A stretch of DNA of 64,000 nucleotides. It comes from Phaeosaccion multiseriatum (taxonomy: Eukaryota; Protista; Ochrophyta, other classes). Made by a program: the position numbers and the translations under genes. The stretch spans positions 3,844,001 to 3,908,000 of the forward strand of contig OZ218956.1 in assembly GCA_965112735.1 (NCBI GenBank). Reading direction: 5' to 3'. Positions within the stretch are counted from its first letter, which is position 1. Each line of letters begins with the position of its first letter. Below are positions 35,644 through 49,600 of the stretch, in pieces. The notes under the pieces are model-generated. The model was not told where the DNA came from. It worked only from the letters and a program-made list of their open reading frames with translations, and searched no databases.

Positions 35644-38248
35644 TCATGATGATGGGAGCTTGTCTGCTTGGTGCGGGCTGAGCTTGTCGTGCCGCGTCAG
35701 CTCGAAGGACAGACTCTCCTCGCCCGCGCTGGGCTTTGGCGTGAGCAAGTCAGGGCCACCCTTGGAGCGCAGGTAGCTGAAGGGCAACGTGAAGAGCTTC
35801 TCGCTCTTGGACACGTACGCCCTCTTGCGGAAGTTGTCGTACCCGTTGTCCTCAATGGCCGCCAGGATCTTGCCGTACATGTCCAGGCTGGCCTGCACGG
35901 GGAAGGCCGCCTCCGGGGACAGCATGGCGATGCCCTCCTTGGCCTTTCTGTAGTAGAAGCGCGCCCTCGCGATTTGGTACTTCATGAGCTTTGTGTAGTT
36001 GTCGTCGAGCACTCCGTTCATGATGTTCTGCTCGGTCACCCCGAACTTCTCAAGGTCCGTGAGGGGCAGGTAAATGCGGCCCCTCACCGCATCCTCCCCC
36101 ACGTCCCTGAGAATGTTGGTGAGCTGCAGCGCCACCCCGAGACAGAGGGCGGGTTCTTTGGCCTGCTCCTCGGTCACCCCCTTGGCCGTGCCGAGAATGG
36201 GCAGCGTCATGAGGCCGACGGTGCCTGCGACTCGGTAGCAGTACAGCTCGAGCTCCTTGAAGTCCTCGTACCGCGTCTTACCCATGCCGGGGATGTCCAT
36301 AAGCATGCCGTCGATCATGTCCTGTTGGTGGAACAGTTGGTAATACGAGAACGCAAACACACACACAAAGGGTCAGAGAGTGCAAACCCTGCAGCGCTGC
36401 CTGCCATCCTGCCCCTCCCTCCACACGCACGTAAAGCAGCGCCACTCTCCCTCTCTCCCTTTCTCCCTGTGTGTTCCGTCCCGGCGCACTGCACTCCGTT
36501 GCGCACACACGCGCCCACCCGTCCCCACTGACCTTGAAGGGCGCGATGTCCAGCGTGGGGTACTTCTGCTTGACATCAACGAGGGCCAGGTCAAGTGAAT
36601 CTCTGGGCTTGCCTGTCCAGATGTCCTCGAGGCGGGCGGTCCAGTCGTCGAGCTCCTCCTGCATGCTCTCCATGCCGCGCATCATGGCGCGAGGGCCATC
36701 CACGATGTCGTCTGTGCGGCGGCACCACACGTAGATGGCCCAGATGGCCTGCGGAGGGGTGGAGGGAAGGGGGGGGGCACGCGGCGGGAGAGGAGGGGAG
36801 AGAAAGTGAGACAGAGACGGAAGAGGGGTGAGGAGGAGCAGCGAAAGAGAGAGAGGGGGGGGAGAGAGCAGACGGAGGGAATACGTGCAGCGAGAGGGCA
36901 CCCTGGGAGGCGTCAGTTCGCTGCGTTTTGGTCACTCATTGCTGGTTTACACCCTCCCTCCCTCCCTCCCTCCATCCATCCATCCATCGGGATTGATTCA
37001 TAGATGATCACCCTCCGTCCTGAGTGTTCATTCACCCCCTCCCTCCGTGCTGCCACCCCGGATTCTTCGCTCGGCCAGGGCGTGACGCCAGCCAAGAAAC
37101 AAGAAGCAGTGGATATGTGCAGCACTCTCCCGCAGAGCTACGGTCACACCATGCCATTGGTCCGTCCCCTCCCTCCCTCTCACTGACTTACGTAGCGCGC
37201 GACGGGTGGCATGAACCTGGTGCCGAGGTAAAAGGTCTTTGCAAAGATGCCCGTGATGCGCTCGCACTCTTTATATGCCCTTTCTAGCACTCCTGAGCGC
37301 CGCACGGAGTCGTTAGGGTCCGCTACGAGTTCGAGGTTCGCCATGTCACCCTTGCCAATCTGCTTGGCGTTCTCCATGGCCAGCGACAGACCCGTGCCCA
37401 CGTCTTGCATTGCCCGCTTCGTCGTCTGAGGGATGGGGGAGGAGGGTGGTGGGCAAGAACGGGGAGAGACGGAGAGAGGGGGGAGGGAGCACGGAGGAGG
37501 GATCGAGGAGGAGGAGTGCCATGTACATGATGCAGTGTGGTCTGCTGAGTGAGTCAGTGAGTGAGTCAGTGAGTCACGTAGCATAGTAAGGAGAGGGTCG
37601 AGCGGGTACCGTCGAGGGGCATCAGTCCACACAGCTCGGGACAGGAGAGGACAGCTTCGCACGCAGACGGCACCCTCCCCCTCCCCCACCCATGCATACA
37701 GAGCTCACTGCGACCCGACTTCTTTCGTACTGTGAGAGGCACAGTCGCAGTCATCCCAAAGCCCCCCTGTAGCAAGCATCGCCCAACCTGCCGCTGCCGC
37801 CGCTGAGAAAAGGACGTCCTCGGCTGGTTGTGGGGCTGGCGGTACGAGGCGCCGCTGCTGCCGGCCTGAGAAAGGCATCTGGCTGCAGAACACGAGGGTC
37901 CCGGGGCGAAGGGTTTTATTTGTAAGGTGCCCTGAGGTGAGAAGGTGCGGGGAGAGGCGAGGGCAAAAGAGCAGAGAGGGGACAGGGTGGGGGCATGCGA
38001 CATGAGGGAGGGAGACAAGACGGGGGAAGAGAAGAGGGAGACAGGACAGCGGAAAGGAAGGGACAGGATTCAGAAAGAGACGTCAAAAGAAGAAAGGTGG
38101 CCAGAAAGGCGACAGGAGACGGGAGAAAGGGAAGAGGGGAACGGGAAGAGGGCGCGCACGTGCCATTATTCGTTTTTCCTGTTCCTCTCTATTTTCATAC
38201 CTGAGGCACTGATACAAAGGCCACAAGAAAGCAAGGCAAGCCCAGCAT
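35644..38248 (-). CDS. PSY: Phytoene synthase
   Basis: AYKECERITGIFAKTFYLGT; AIWAIYVWCRRTDDIVD; DMIDGMLMD..RYEDFKELELYCYRVAGTVGLM; LGVALQLTNILRDVGEDAVRGRIYLP; YDNFRKRAYV. The 5' exons (38248-38201, ~37932-37731) are less certain. Confidence 0.93.
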
Positions 38249-38477
38249 GGTCGCCACGCTTAGGCAACAAGATGGCGAGCTGAAACCCCCGCCGCCCCGT
38301 CGTCTTCCAGCCTTGCGAACCATCTTTACCCAAACGTGAAATCCTACGTTTGTCCCCTCCGTTTTCAGGCCCGTAGGATTCTCACATGTTCCGGCCCGTA
38401 TGATTCTCACATATCCAAGCCTGTTCGTTCCTTGCTCCTCCCCACCGGCCTCGTCTGACGCTGCTGCTTATAAGGAG

Positions 38478-39139
38478 ATGGCGATGGTCCAGCAGGGGTC
38501 GGGAGGTTCGTCAGTGCTGGCGGGAAAGGCCGAGGTCGACGCAGAGATCGCAAAATACAGGAAATTAGAAGAAGGTAGGGACTGCAAAAGAAAAGAGAGC
38601 GAAGGGAGAGAGGAGCAACAAATAGAGCAGCAGCAGCACACGCAGTCGACTGCTTTCCCCGCCTCCTTCAGGATTTCTCCATGTCCTGCAGCCCTGCCGT
38701 CCCGTGGCTCCACTATGCAGACGGAGCAGTTCCGCCTTGGCCCCACATCTTGTTCACCGCCTTTGCCCTCTGACCGCCCTTTGTCGGCCCGTGCCCCTCT
38801 CCAGATACCAACAAGCTGGGAAGCAAGCGGAACAAGCTGTACCAACAAGTCAACGAGAACGGTATGGTCAAGGCCGAGCTGGAGCGGCTCAAGCCAGACG
38901 CCCCGGTGTATAAGCTCATCGGCCCCGTGCTGATCCAACAGAACCTGCTCGAAGCCAAGGCCAACGTGGCCAACCGCCTCAGGATGATTGAGTCCGGCAT
39001 GGAGGAGGTGAGCAAGGAGGTGGCCAGCAAGGAGGAGGAGAAGACGAAGCTGGCGGACAAGATCCAGAACATGCAGAAGGAGATGCAGAGCAAGGCTTAC
39101 GAGGAGGCACAGAAGGTGGTGGAGGACGCCCGGGCCTAG
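38478..39139 (+). CDS. PFDN6: Prefoldin subunit 6 (beta type)
   Basis: Exons ~38478-38574 and 38805-39139; QVNENGMVKAELERLKPDAPVYKLIGPVLIQQNLLEAKANVANRL. Confidence 0.85.
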
Positions 39140-39707
39140 GGGGGGACGACAGTGGATGGAGGCCGGGTTATGCCCTACGTGGTGCGCTGTGAGTGGGACA
39201 GCATGGCACACCCCTACGTTCCTGCCCCGCACCGCTCCCTCCCCCCTGGCCCTCCGCCCTTCGAAGGGTCTGCCTGCCCACCGCCCCGCCCTCGGCATTC
39301 AGGAGCGAGCCCGCAGCCCATAGCCACCTTCGCTCCGCCCTCCCTCCCTCTCCCTCGGATGATCTGTTCTGCCGTCAGGGTGGGGGCTGGGGAAGGAGGC
39401 CCTGACGGGTAGCCGCGTCGGGGCAAGCCCCTGCTGATCGTGGCAGCAGAAAGGAGCAAGGAGGGGAGGGTTCCAATGCTTTGCAACTCGACAATACGAG
39501 GTTCAACAATAGTCGATCGCTGCTCTGAGGAGCCTACGGTCTGAACCGCGACGAGGCCCCGCTTCAAAGAGACAATGTCACTGTAATAATAAGACGCACG
39601 ATGTTTATTAAGTGGGTGGGTTCGACGAATATGTCAACAAGAGGATCATCGTCCATTGCCCATCGCGGCAAATGGGGCGCCTTCCCATGCCCTGAGGCTA
39701 GAAGATT

Positions 39708-41603
39708 ATGCAGCCGGCTCCACCGGAGAGCACAATCAATCAGGATGTGACCATTAACCTCGCGCAGTACCAATATGGGACCTTCGGAGCCGCGCTGGTG
39801 AGAAAGGGGGATGCCACTTTACCAAGCTTCGAGCTTGTGGGTAACACTGCATCCTCCTTGGCCGCTCCCCTGCCCCCATTCACCCTCTTTTCACTCACTT
39901 ACTCTACCCACCACTATTCTCCTCCTCTCTCCCCCACTGCGCGCGCTCCCAATAAGAACGCAGCTCTTTCCTCTTTGCAGAGCGTCAGTGTCTTGCCCTT
40001 GAACAACCCTCCTTCTCACCTCGTCTCTGCATTCTCTGCATTCTCGTGTGCGTGTGTGCTCCCGCAGGACGTGGATACGTCTGGGTCCTTCGCGGTGCTG
40101 TCGTCGCGGAAAGGCTTCGCCATTGTGGACCTCGAGAAGCCCTCGCAGCCTGCGCAGCTGCTCCACCACAGGAGCAAGCGGGAGGTGAGAGAGTGAGCGA
40201 GTGTGTGAGAGATAGAGAGAAACGTATATATCTATGCACAAAGATATAGAGATACAGAAAGAGGGAGAGCGAGAGAGAGCAAGAAACGGGGAGAGGGGGA
40301 GAGAGGGGGGGGTGGAGAGACACGGAGAAAGAGGGAGAGAGAGGTAGCTTCTCCACCAGAACAGAGCAAGGTGAGCGATTATCGAGCTCCCCTCTCTCCT
40401 TCCCCTGCCCGTGCGCCCCTGCCTCTCTGCAGGTGAGCGTAGTGCGATGGAGCAAGCACTCGTGGCAGAGGGAGCTCCTCGCCAGCGCCTCGCCAGGAGG
40501 GGTGAGTCTGTGGTCCACAGAGCGTGAGCTGCAGCCCCTTGTGGCTATCCTCGGGGAGGCAGGAGCAGGAGGAGGAGGAGGAGGAAGCAGCAGCAGCAGC
40601 AAGGACCTGCTCGTCCTCGGGCCGGGCACGTCGGCGCCCAACGACCTAGCGTGGGGCTATCACAACCCTTCGCTCCTCGCCACGGCGCATGGGGACGGAG
40701 CTGCCTTGGTGTGGGACGTGCGTGCGCCGCAGCACCCCATTCAAGTGTTCAAGGCAAGAGGCAATCAGCCAGGGCACACACGGAGCGGAGCGCAGAAGTG
40801 AGTGGGTAGCGGCCAGTGGGAAGGGGAGGAGAGGGAGGGAGGGGTTAGGTTGATTAGGTTGATTGGAGGGGAAGCATCGTCTCTCGTCGACCGTCCCCTT
40901 CCCTCCTTTTCATCATGACCTCTGACTCATCCCTTGTCACCTTGTCATCACCCCCACGCCCCTCCACTCCCCTCTTTTAGGCTGGGCTGGAGCCGCATGA
41001 ATGCCAACCTGCTGTGCTCCGTGCACGAGAAGGTCGTGAAGCTCTGGGACGCGAGGAAGGTGTCCTCCTCGCTCTCTCTCGGGGGGGGCAAGGGGGGCGG
41101 GCAGGATGGCAGCCGAGGGGGGGGGGGAGGGGCGGGGCAGAAGGGGGCGGTGGCGTCCTTCACGGCCCACACCGGGCAAATCACTGCCCTGGACATGTCG
41201 TACAGCACCCGGGAAGGGGGGGGGGACGGGGACATTCTCACCGCCTCCACAGACAGGAGCTTCAAGGTGAGGGGGGGGGGGGGCACACGGGGCTGAGGAA
41301 GGGACAGCAGGGCCGGGAAGGCACTGAAACAAAAGAGGACAGGAGGAAGGCACTGAGAGCACTTAAACACACAAGAGGACAAACAAGATGACAGGAGGCA
41401 GGAGCCCGTCCATGCTCACGCCAAGGACAAGTACAACACACTCATCCATCTGTGACTCTGTGTGACGGCCCAACTCTTCAGGTGTGGAGCGTGGGCAGCA
41501 AGATCAGCAAGATCTTGCCCGTGGCCATGCTGCGGAGAGAGCACCCCATCACGGGGGCGCAGTTCACGCCCTTCGGACACGTGAGTGCGTGGGTGCGTGT
41601 TTT

Positions 41604-41642
<39 letters not shown>

Positions 41643-43434
41643 CGTGCGTGCGCCGGGAGCAGGCGGTACGGTGCACGGCGGTAAAGCCCATCGGTGTGCC
41701 ACCCTGTCACCCTCCACTGCCATCTGGCCTCGTCGCCGTGGCGCCATCCACTGCCATCTATCTGGCCCTGTCGCTCTGGCTCTCTTGGCTCATCCCTCCC
41801 CCCCCCCCCCTCTCCCCAGGGCGTGGTGACGACAGCGTGGGGAATCGGAGAGCGCCTGCTTGCCACTCAGGCGCTGCGTCTTTGGCAGCTGACCCCTGTC
41901 GGCGACAACGGCACGAGCCAACTCCGGAGCGTACACAACTTCACAGGGCCCTCCTCGCAGGTGCGTGTCATGTACATGTGCTTGGGTGTCCGCAGGGTGT
42001 GTGGGGGGGGAGAGACCCAAGTGTGTGCCCAAATGTGCCCCAAGTGTGTAGGGTAAGGGCACGCGTGAGGGTGAGGGTAATGTAAATGTCCTTACTGCTT
42101 GTTTGGCCACCCCCAACTTGCCCGATGCGATGCCCAATCACTTAATCCACCCCCAAGATCTTAGCGTGGGGGTGGCGCGTGGTGGACGGCTGCCGCTTCG
42201 AACTCGTGAGTTTCGACCGCACACAGAACCTCCGTCTCCACAAAGTCCGCCCTCAGCACCTTGAGGCGTGCAGCCACAGGGACGACCCCGAGGGGGGACG
42301 GGGGATGGACGACATGAGGAGGCATATGGGCCCGCAAGGTAAGGAGGGGGAGGGGAGGGGAGGAGAGGAGAAGCAGGGAAGCAGGGAAGCAGAAATGCAA
42401 GAAGCCAATCAGCTTGTCAGTCAATCAGTCAGTCACTCACTCACTCACTCACTCATTCACTCACTCATTCATGCAAGTCACTCCGTCAGTCAGTACGGTC
42501 AGCCACATTAGTATGTCACCCAGTGAGTGAGTGAGTGAGTGTGAGTGAGTGAGTGAGTGAGTGAGTGAGTGAGTGAGTGAGTCGGTCAGTCAGTCACTCA
42601 TCGGCAGAGACGGGCCGGAAGAAAGGCTGGAAGGGCCTCTCCGAGAAGAGAGCGAAGAGAGCAGCCAGCCAGCCTCCGCAGAGAAGGGAGCCACACCAAA
42701 GCCAGACAAAAAGGTTAAACCTTCCTTCTCCCGCTCCTCCCTACACGCCATTGCCCCGCACTGAGTCGAGGCGTCGCCTTTAGCGAGCCTGAACCCCCCC
42801 TCCCCTCCCCTCCCCTCCTCCCTCTCTCTGACTGATGACACAGCCCTTCCGTTGGCCGCCAGCAAGCTCCGGCTGGAGTCTCTGAAAGCGGACCTGCTTC
42901 CTGTTGTTGCCCCCTCCGCCACCCTTGGAGGAGCGCTGTACGCCCCAGCCCTCACGCAGCACGGGCTGTGGAAGGAGGTACTGCAGGCACAGGCCAAGGC
43001 CAGAGCCGCGGCCACAGCAGTTGGTGCTTCGGGCCACGGTAGGGTACAGATCGACGACGTTGACCAGAGAGCCCGCACCTTGTCCGCCCTGCTGTCGAGT
43101 AGGGAGGTGAGCAGGGACGTGAGGCCGCCCCCTCCTGCTGCCGCATCACCAACTGCTGCCCCGCCGGGTGTTGGTCTTGGCGTCGGGTCTGCCTCCGATG
43201 GGGTCCCGGGGGGGAGGGTTTCTCCCAACCCTACCACCGCCGAGACTGAAGGGGACAAGTTGGTGACACAGACACAGACAGTGCAGCCGTCGCCAATATG
43301 CATGGGCGTGACGGCGCGCCTCCGCGTGCACGTGCTGTTCCCCTCCTCCTACCCCAAACACGCCTCTCCCGTCTTCACTTTCCTCGACTCAGCCATCACC
43401 ACAACCACCACAACCGCCGTACCACCAACTGCTG

Positions 43435-43479
<45 letters not shown>

Positions 43480-45825
43480 CGGACGTGCCTGCGCAAGGCG
43501 ACACGGCCCGGGGGGGGCGGGGGGCGCGTGTTTTGCCCTCGCCCAAGGCACAGCAACAGTTGGCGCTACGGCCGTCGCCATCGGTTGTACGGCAGCAAAA
43601 GCACGGAGCCCTGGACCCCGCAGTGAGGGCCCGACTACAGGTAGCGTGCCATGGCAGGGCTGTATCACCAACTGCTGGTTCACTGCCTTAGGGTGATGGG
43701 AGTGCGTTTCATTTTGACTGACATTGACTGCGTCTGTCCTGACACCCCTCACAGGAGGCGGTGGCCGGTGTGAGTGCCAGTGCCCTGGATCTCGGCCAGC
43801 GCTGCCTCGAGAGCTGCCTGGCGGTGTTGCTCGAAGGCTTGCACAGCGCAGTAAGGGACACGCTGAGGGAGGCGGGGGGGGGCAGCGTCGGCACCGAGCG
43901 GGCGGCTCTGACGCCGCCGCAAAGCGAGGAAGACATGGCGCTGGAGGCAGCGGCGGCGCTGGCTTTGGAAGCGGAGGCTTCAGGTGAGGGAAGAGCAGCA
44001 GCGTAGCACAGTCTGTCATCTTGTCAGGAGGCCGGCCTTTCGAGTGGGGGTGCCTTCTCGTTTTGTTTCATCGGTTTCGATATCGAGTATATATCGAGTC
44101 CCATTTCAAACTCCCACTCAAAGTGTTCCCTTCCAGCGCCTCCTGCCCGACCCCCACCCACCCCGCCACCCCCATCCACTGCCATCCACTGCCATCGCTC
44201 CTCTCCGCCGCAGTCCCTCGAGGGAAGAGCTTCATCCCATGTCCGCGTCTCTTCGGCGCATCCTTCTCCTCCGGCGGGGCCCTCGTCAGCTTCTCCTCCA
44301 CCGTCAGCTTCCCCGCCGGGGGCGTCCCCGGGGTCGTCCCGGAGGGGGCTGGGCCGAGTCCGGCCGGGACCCCCTCGGGTGGTGCAGCAGCCAACACGTT
44401 TAACAGCACTTTCAGCACGGGACAGAGGCCACGCACGTATGATGACTTGCTGACCATGCTCGGGATGGCAGCGGATGGCGGGCGGGGTGGGCTGGGGAGC
44501 GACGATGACGACGAGGAGGAGGAGGAAGAGCAAGAGCGGCAGGAGGAACAGGACGGGGGGCAGGGGCGGAGGGCGGCAGGGGATGAGGGAGGGAGAGGGA
44601 GGGACGGCAGCGGCCTAGAGGAGCCTGATGGCAACGCCAGGGAGGGGAGGGAGGAAAGGAACCTTGGCAGCAGTGGAAGCTCCTTTAATACCTCGGAGCT
44701 TGACTTGCAGGACAAGCCTGTATCTCTCTCGGAGTCCCTGGCGCAGATGAAGCAGCAGAGTCACAGCTGGCAGCAGCAGGAGCAGCAGCAGTTGGTGATT
44801 CATCAGCAGCAGGTGGTGGTGACGGACTGGTCCTTCCTGCTGCCCGGCAAGAGAGCGCTGGCACTGGGCTACGAGCTGGGGCCATGGCCAAGGCTGTCGG
44901 AGGGTCATCATCACCATCATCACAGGGACTGGGACGGGGGGGGGGGCGCGGACACCAGCAGCAGGGGCGTAGGGTCTCCCCCCGGGGGGCTGCACTATGG
45001 GGCAGGGGGCATTGCAGAGGACAGCTTCTTCGCTTCGTTCGCCTCCTCCGTGCTGAGCGCCGAGCCGCCCCCCCCGGGTCCTCCTCAGTTGCTGCTGCAC
45101 AGGACCAGCTCAGGAGGGAGTGCGGGCGGGGGGGGCACGGGCGTGTCCGGCTTGGCGAGTCCGGGAGGGCTGTGGGGCATGTATGGAGCGGGCGGTTCGA
45201 GAAGTCATGACGAGGAGGAGGATTGGGATTGGCCAAGGCAGCAACAAGGACCGCCAGAATCGCCAGGCCTGGGCAGGTGAGAAGGAGAGAAGGGAGGGAG
45301 AGAGAGAGACGAGAGTGAGACACGAGCGAGGCACAGGACATACTTACGTGACGTGTATGTTGGGCGGGCACAGTCCGTCGAATGGAGGTGGCCGCCGGCA
45401 CTGAACCCTTTCTCACCCCCATCCACTGCCATCCGCTGTCATCCACTGCCGTCTCCGGATTTGCCCGCTCCCTTGCTGACTCCCAGCGGAGGCCTCGGCT
45501 ATCGGCCCCGCAAGACCTCGATCGGGTTTGCGGTCATGGGCATGGGTGCAGGAGTTGGTAGTACAGCAGCAGCAGCAGCAGCAGGAGGGGGGGGCGAACA
45601 GCAGCAGCACCCTCCGTTTCCCCACGCCCCTCCCCACTACCTCTCCTTGGGCCCCCCAAAGACCCAAAAGCCCAAGATAATGTCGCGGCGTTGGGAGTCT
45701 TCGCCTGACCTGAAGCGCAAGTACCGCGTGGCGCAGCAGCAGCTTGGCATGCAGCAGGCCATACTGCCCAGGCAGCCCTCCTACGGACCCTTCCCGGGGT
45801 ACTCTACTCCGGTGCAGCGCCTCCA

Positions 45826-45856
<31 letters not shown>

Positions 45857-46641
45857 CAACAACAACAGCAGTCGGTGCTTCAGCAGCAGTCGGGTGTCGC
45901 TTACAGAGCGAGCACAAGCCTCGAGAGGTCCTTCGGAGGGGGCGCCAACAGCGGCAGTTGGGGGATGGCAGGGGGGATGGCAGGGGGGATGGCAGGGGGA
46001 GGGTTCTCGGCTGAGGCGGGTGGCGGACGGGACGATAACAACAGCCTCAGCCTCAAGAGCTCGCCAGGAGTGCCCACCTCAGGAGTGCCCACCTCAGGAG
46101 TGCCCACCTCATGGCTCCAGCTTGGGTCGGGCATGGGGTCAGGGTCAGGGATGGGAGGAGGGCAGATGGGGCAGGGGGGGGGAGCGCTGGGGCCCATGGG
46201 GCTCGGCTATCACAATCCCTCGCATGGCAGCAACCACAGCCTAAGGTCAGGCGGGGGCAGTGGGAGGATAACGCTCCGGAAGGGCTCTCTCCCCACCTCG
46301 CAGCAGCAGCAGCAGCTGCAGCAGCAGCAGTTGGTGATACAGCAGCAGGCTACGGGTGGGGCGTATCCCTATGCCCCGACAGGGTTTGGGGGGCTCTCCC
46401 CACCGCTCGCTCAGCCTACGCACCCCAGCAGCAGCGAGTACCAGCTGTACCTGCAGCAGCACCAGCAGTACATGCACAGGCACGAGCAGTACCAGCAGCA
46501 GCAGTTGGTGATACAGCAGCAGCAGGAAGGCTTCGGCTTCGACGCTCCGCAGGCGTTGGGGCTTGGCGGGAGGCCTCCTCCTTCGCCGCCGACCATCCCG
46601 TACCACCACCTCACGCACCTCACGACCCAGTCGCCGCCAGG

Positions 46642-46695
<54 letters not shown>

Positions 46696-49600
46696 CTTGG
46701 TGATGCAGCAGCAACAAGCTGCTCGCAGGAAGACGCTTCGGTCTCTGCCCGCCGGTGCCCGTCGCTCCTACCGCTCCCTCACGCTCTCTCACAACGGCAA
46801 TGGTCAGGGAGAGCCCGACCACCGCCTCCAGCACCAGCTCAAGCTCATGCAAGGCCTGAAGGACGGAGGAGGAGGGGGGGGGGGGAGGGCGACAGTGGGG
46901 CACGTACACCACGCTGCGCATGAACCGATCAAGTACCCCGCACTCAGCTCCTCCACATTCTTGCCGCTGCCAGAGGGGGGGGATGGAGGGAGTGATGGAG
47001 GGGGAGAGGGCGGGGGAGGTGGAGCCGTTGGTGCTACGGCAGGCACTGGCGCAGGGGCTGCAGGAGGAGGGGTCGGTGGTGGCCACTTGTTTGGCAGCCT
47101 GGGCAGTAGCGGAAGGGGCAGCGGTGGAGGACCCAAGCACCCCTCCGACGACATGTCGGACCCGCAACACGTCGGGCTCTTCCTTGACGCCGCTGACGCG
47201 TACTCGAGTCCGCACCTCGGGCCGCTGGAGGAGGGGCTGGACGGGGGCAGAGCCAGAGACAGGGTGAGGGTGAGGAGGGTTTCTGTGGACAGCTTGGACA
47301 GAGGAGGGGGCGACCTGCACGCACCCGCCCACGCACAGGGAGATGAGGGGGGAAGCTTAGGGGCGGGCCTGAGCTTCGGCATTCAGCAGCAGCACTACAC
47401 AGAGCCATCATCTTCTTCCAATGGCCATGGACCGCCTTCTGGACTGGCCTACAGCCCGCCCTTCCTTTCCTCTCACGGAGGAGGACTCCTCCCCAGCGAC
47501 GGCGCTTTCGACCATTCGATGGGCCATTCGATGGGCCATTCGATGGGGGACAGCCACAGCGCACCCCGGGGTCCACCGTGGCCCCGAGGGGAAAGAGAAA
47601 GGGTTCGAGTAAGCACCCTGTCAAGGCGCCTGCTCCGCGTGGCGGGCCTATGCGGCTTGAACTCTCAAGTGGCGAGTGCGCAGGGCTCACAGATGGCGGA
47701 GGAGGCAGAGGTGTGGGCCATGCTGCAGGAGGGCTGCTGCCTGGAGGCGTTGCACACACACGAGCTTGAGCTGGGGTGGCTCACAGCTGCCGACGCGCGG
47801 AGGAGGAGGACGTTCGGCAGCAGCAGCGGGGCTGGGGAGGGGGGCTGGGAGGGGGGCAGAGACGCCTTCGCCTTCCGTGCCAACGCCTTTGGAGCGGCCC
47901 TCGTGAGGAGAGTGCTGCACCACTACGAGAGGGAGGGGGACTTGCAGATGCTCGCCACAATCGTGTGCGTCTTGGGATCAGCGGCGGGGGCCGAGGGTTT
48001 CGGTAGCGACACGATCGTTGCGCCCATGCTGCCCGAGGGGCTTGGAGCAGAGGCGTACCTGCGCTACCTTGACGCCTACGCTGAGCTGCTCCTCAGTTGG
48101 GGGGCGCTGGACAGGAGGTTGGAGGTGCTCAAACATAGGCATGCGGCTTTTACCATTGCCGAGCGGCGGAGGAGGGGCACAGGAGGAGGGGGAGGAAGGG
48201 AAGGAGGAGAGGGGAGGGGGGGAAGCGTGGGGGTGGGCTGCGGCTGGGGGGTGGGGCCAGGGGTAAAGGAGGAGGGCAGTGGAGGCGAGGGAGAGGAAGA
48301 GGAGGAGGGGGACGAGGGAGAGGGAGAAGAAGAGGGAGACGAAGGAGGGCCCCTTGAGAAGGGCTTGCGGGCCTTGAGTGCAGCAGGGAGGGCGCTGGGG
48401 CACACCGTCAGTCACCTCAGCCACGCCAATCACGGTCATACAGGCAAGATGGCAGTAGATGGACACGCCAAGGAGGAGGGGCAGAGGAGCGGCCACCTGC
48501 GGGCAGGCGGCGGGTATGTCACTGGCACTGGCTCTGGCCCTGGTGTTGGCAAGTATGAGGGAGAGAGGAAGGAGAGGTCCATCAGCGAGAGTGGAGTGAC
48601 TCCCCGAGGGGCCGGCGGCGATGGCAAGCGCAGGGGTGAATGGGGCAGCAAGACTCGCGTGTCGAGGAGTCGCAGCCCACTGCCACTGCCCCCGCCCGAG
48701 AGGAGAGAGAAGGACAAGCAGGAGCAGAGGCATGAAGAGGGAGGGCGAGAGGGAGAGGGCGCGGGAGAAGGGCCACAGGGCCTCTCGGAGCCGCTGCTTG
48801 ATACAGAGGCAGAGGGAGAGGCAGAGGGAGGGCTCATGCCCCACACAGTGTGCCACCGCTGCGGCTCGTTGTGTGCCACTCCCTTCTGCAGCACTTGCAA
48901 GGACTTCGCCTTCCGCTGCTCCGTGTGTCACCTTTGTGTCAGGGGCATGGGCCTCTTCTGCACCAAGTGCGGCCACGGGGGGCATGCTAGCCACATGGAG
49001 GAGTGGTTCGGAGGGCCGATAGGAGGAGGAGAAGGAGGAGAAGGAGAAGGAGGAGGGGGGGGGGGAGCAGGAGGAGGAGGAGGAGGGGCAGGAGGAGGAG
49101 GGGCAGGAGGAGCAGGAGGGAAGAGAAAAGGGTACAAGGAGGAGCACGGGATCGGTGCGGACTCGAGAGAAGGGGCGGGGGGTAGAGAGGGGACAGCGAG
49201 GGCCGAGGAAGGAGAAGGTGTTGGTGACGGTGGGGAGGGAAGCGAGAAGCTCGGATTGGGCTCGTCGAGTAAGGAGGCGGGGGGAGGAGGAAGGGCAGGG
49301 AGAGGGGGAGGCGGCAGCCGACGCACTCTGCGGGAGAGACAGAAGAAGGCGCAGGCCAAGTGCCCCACAGGGTGAGTGTAGGATAGAGGAGAGGAGAGAG
49401 GAGATAGAGGAGAGGGGAGAGAGGAGAGAGGAGGGAGGGGAGGCTCCATCGGGCACGCCGGCAGGAAGGGGCTCGCCTTCCTTCACACTCACCGCCGCCA
49501 CCGAACCTAACCCTGGTCAGTCTACCCATGCCCGAACGCTTGACTGCTGTACCGCTCTCTTGTCTGCCTTTTGTTTGCCTGTATGTATGCCTCTACTGCC

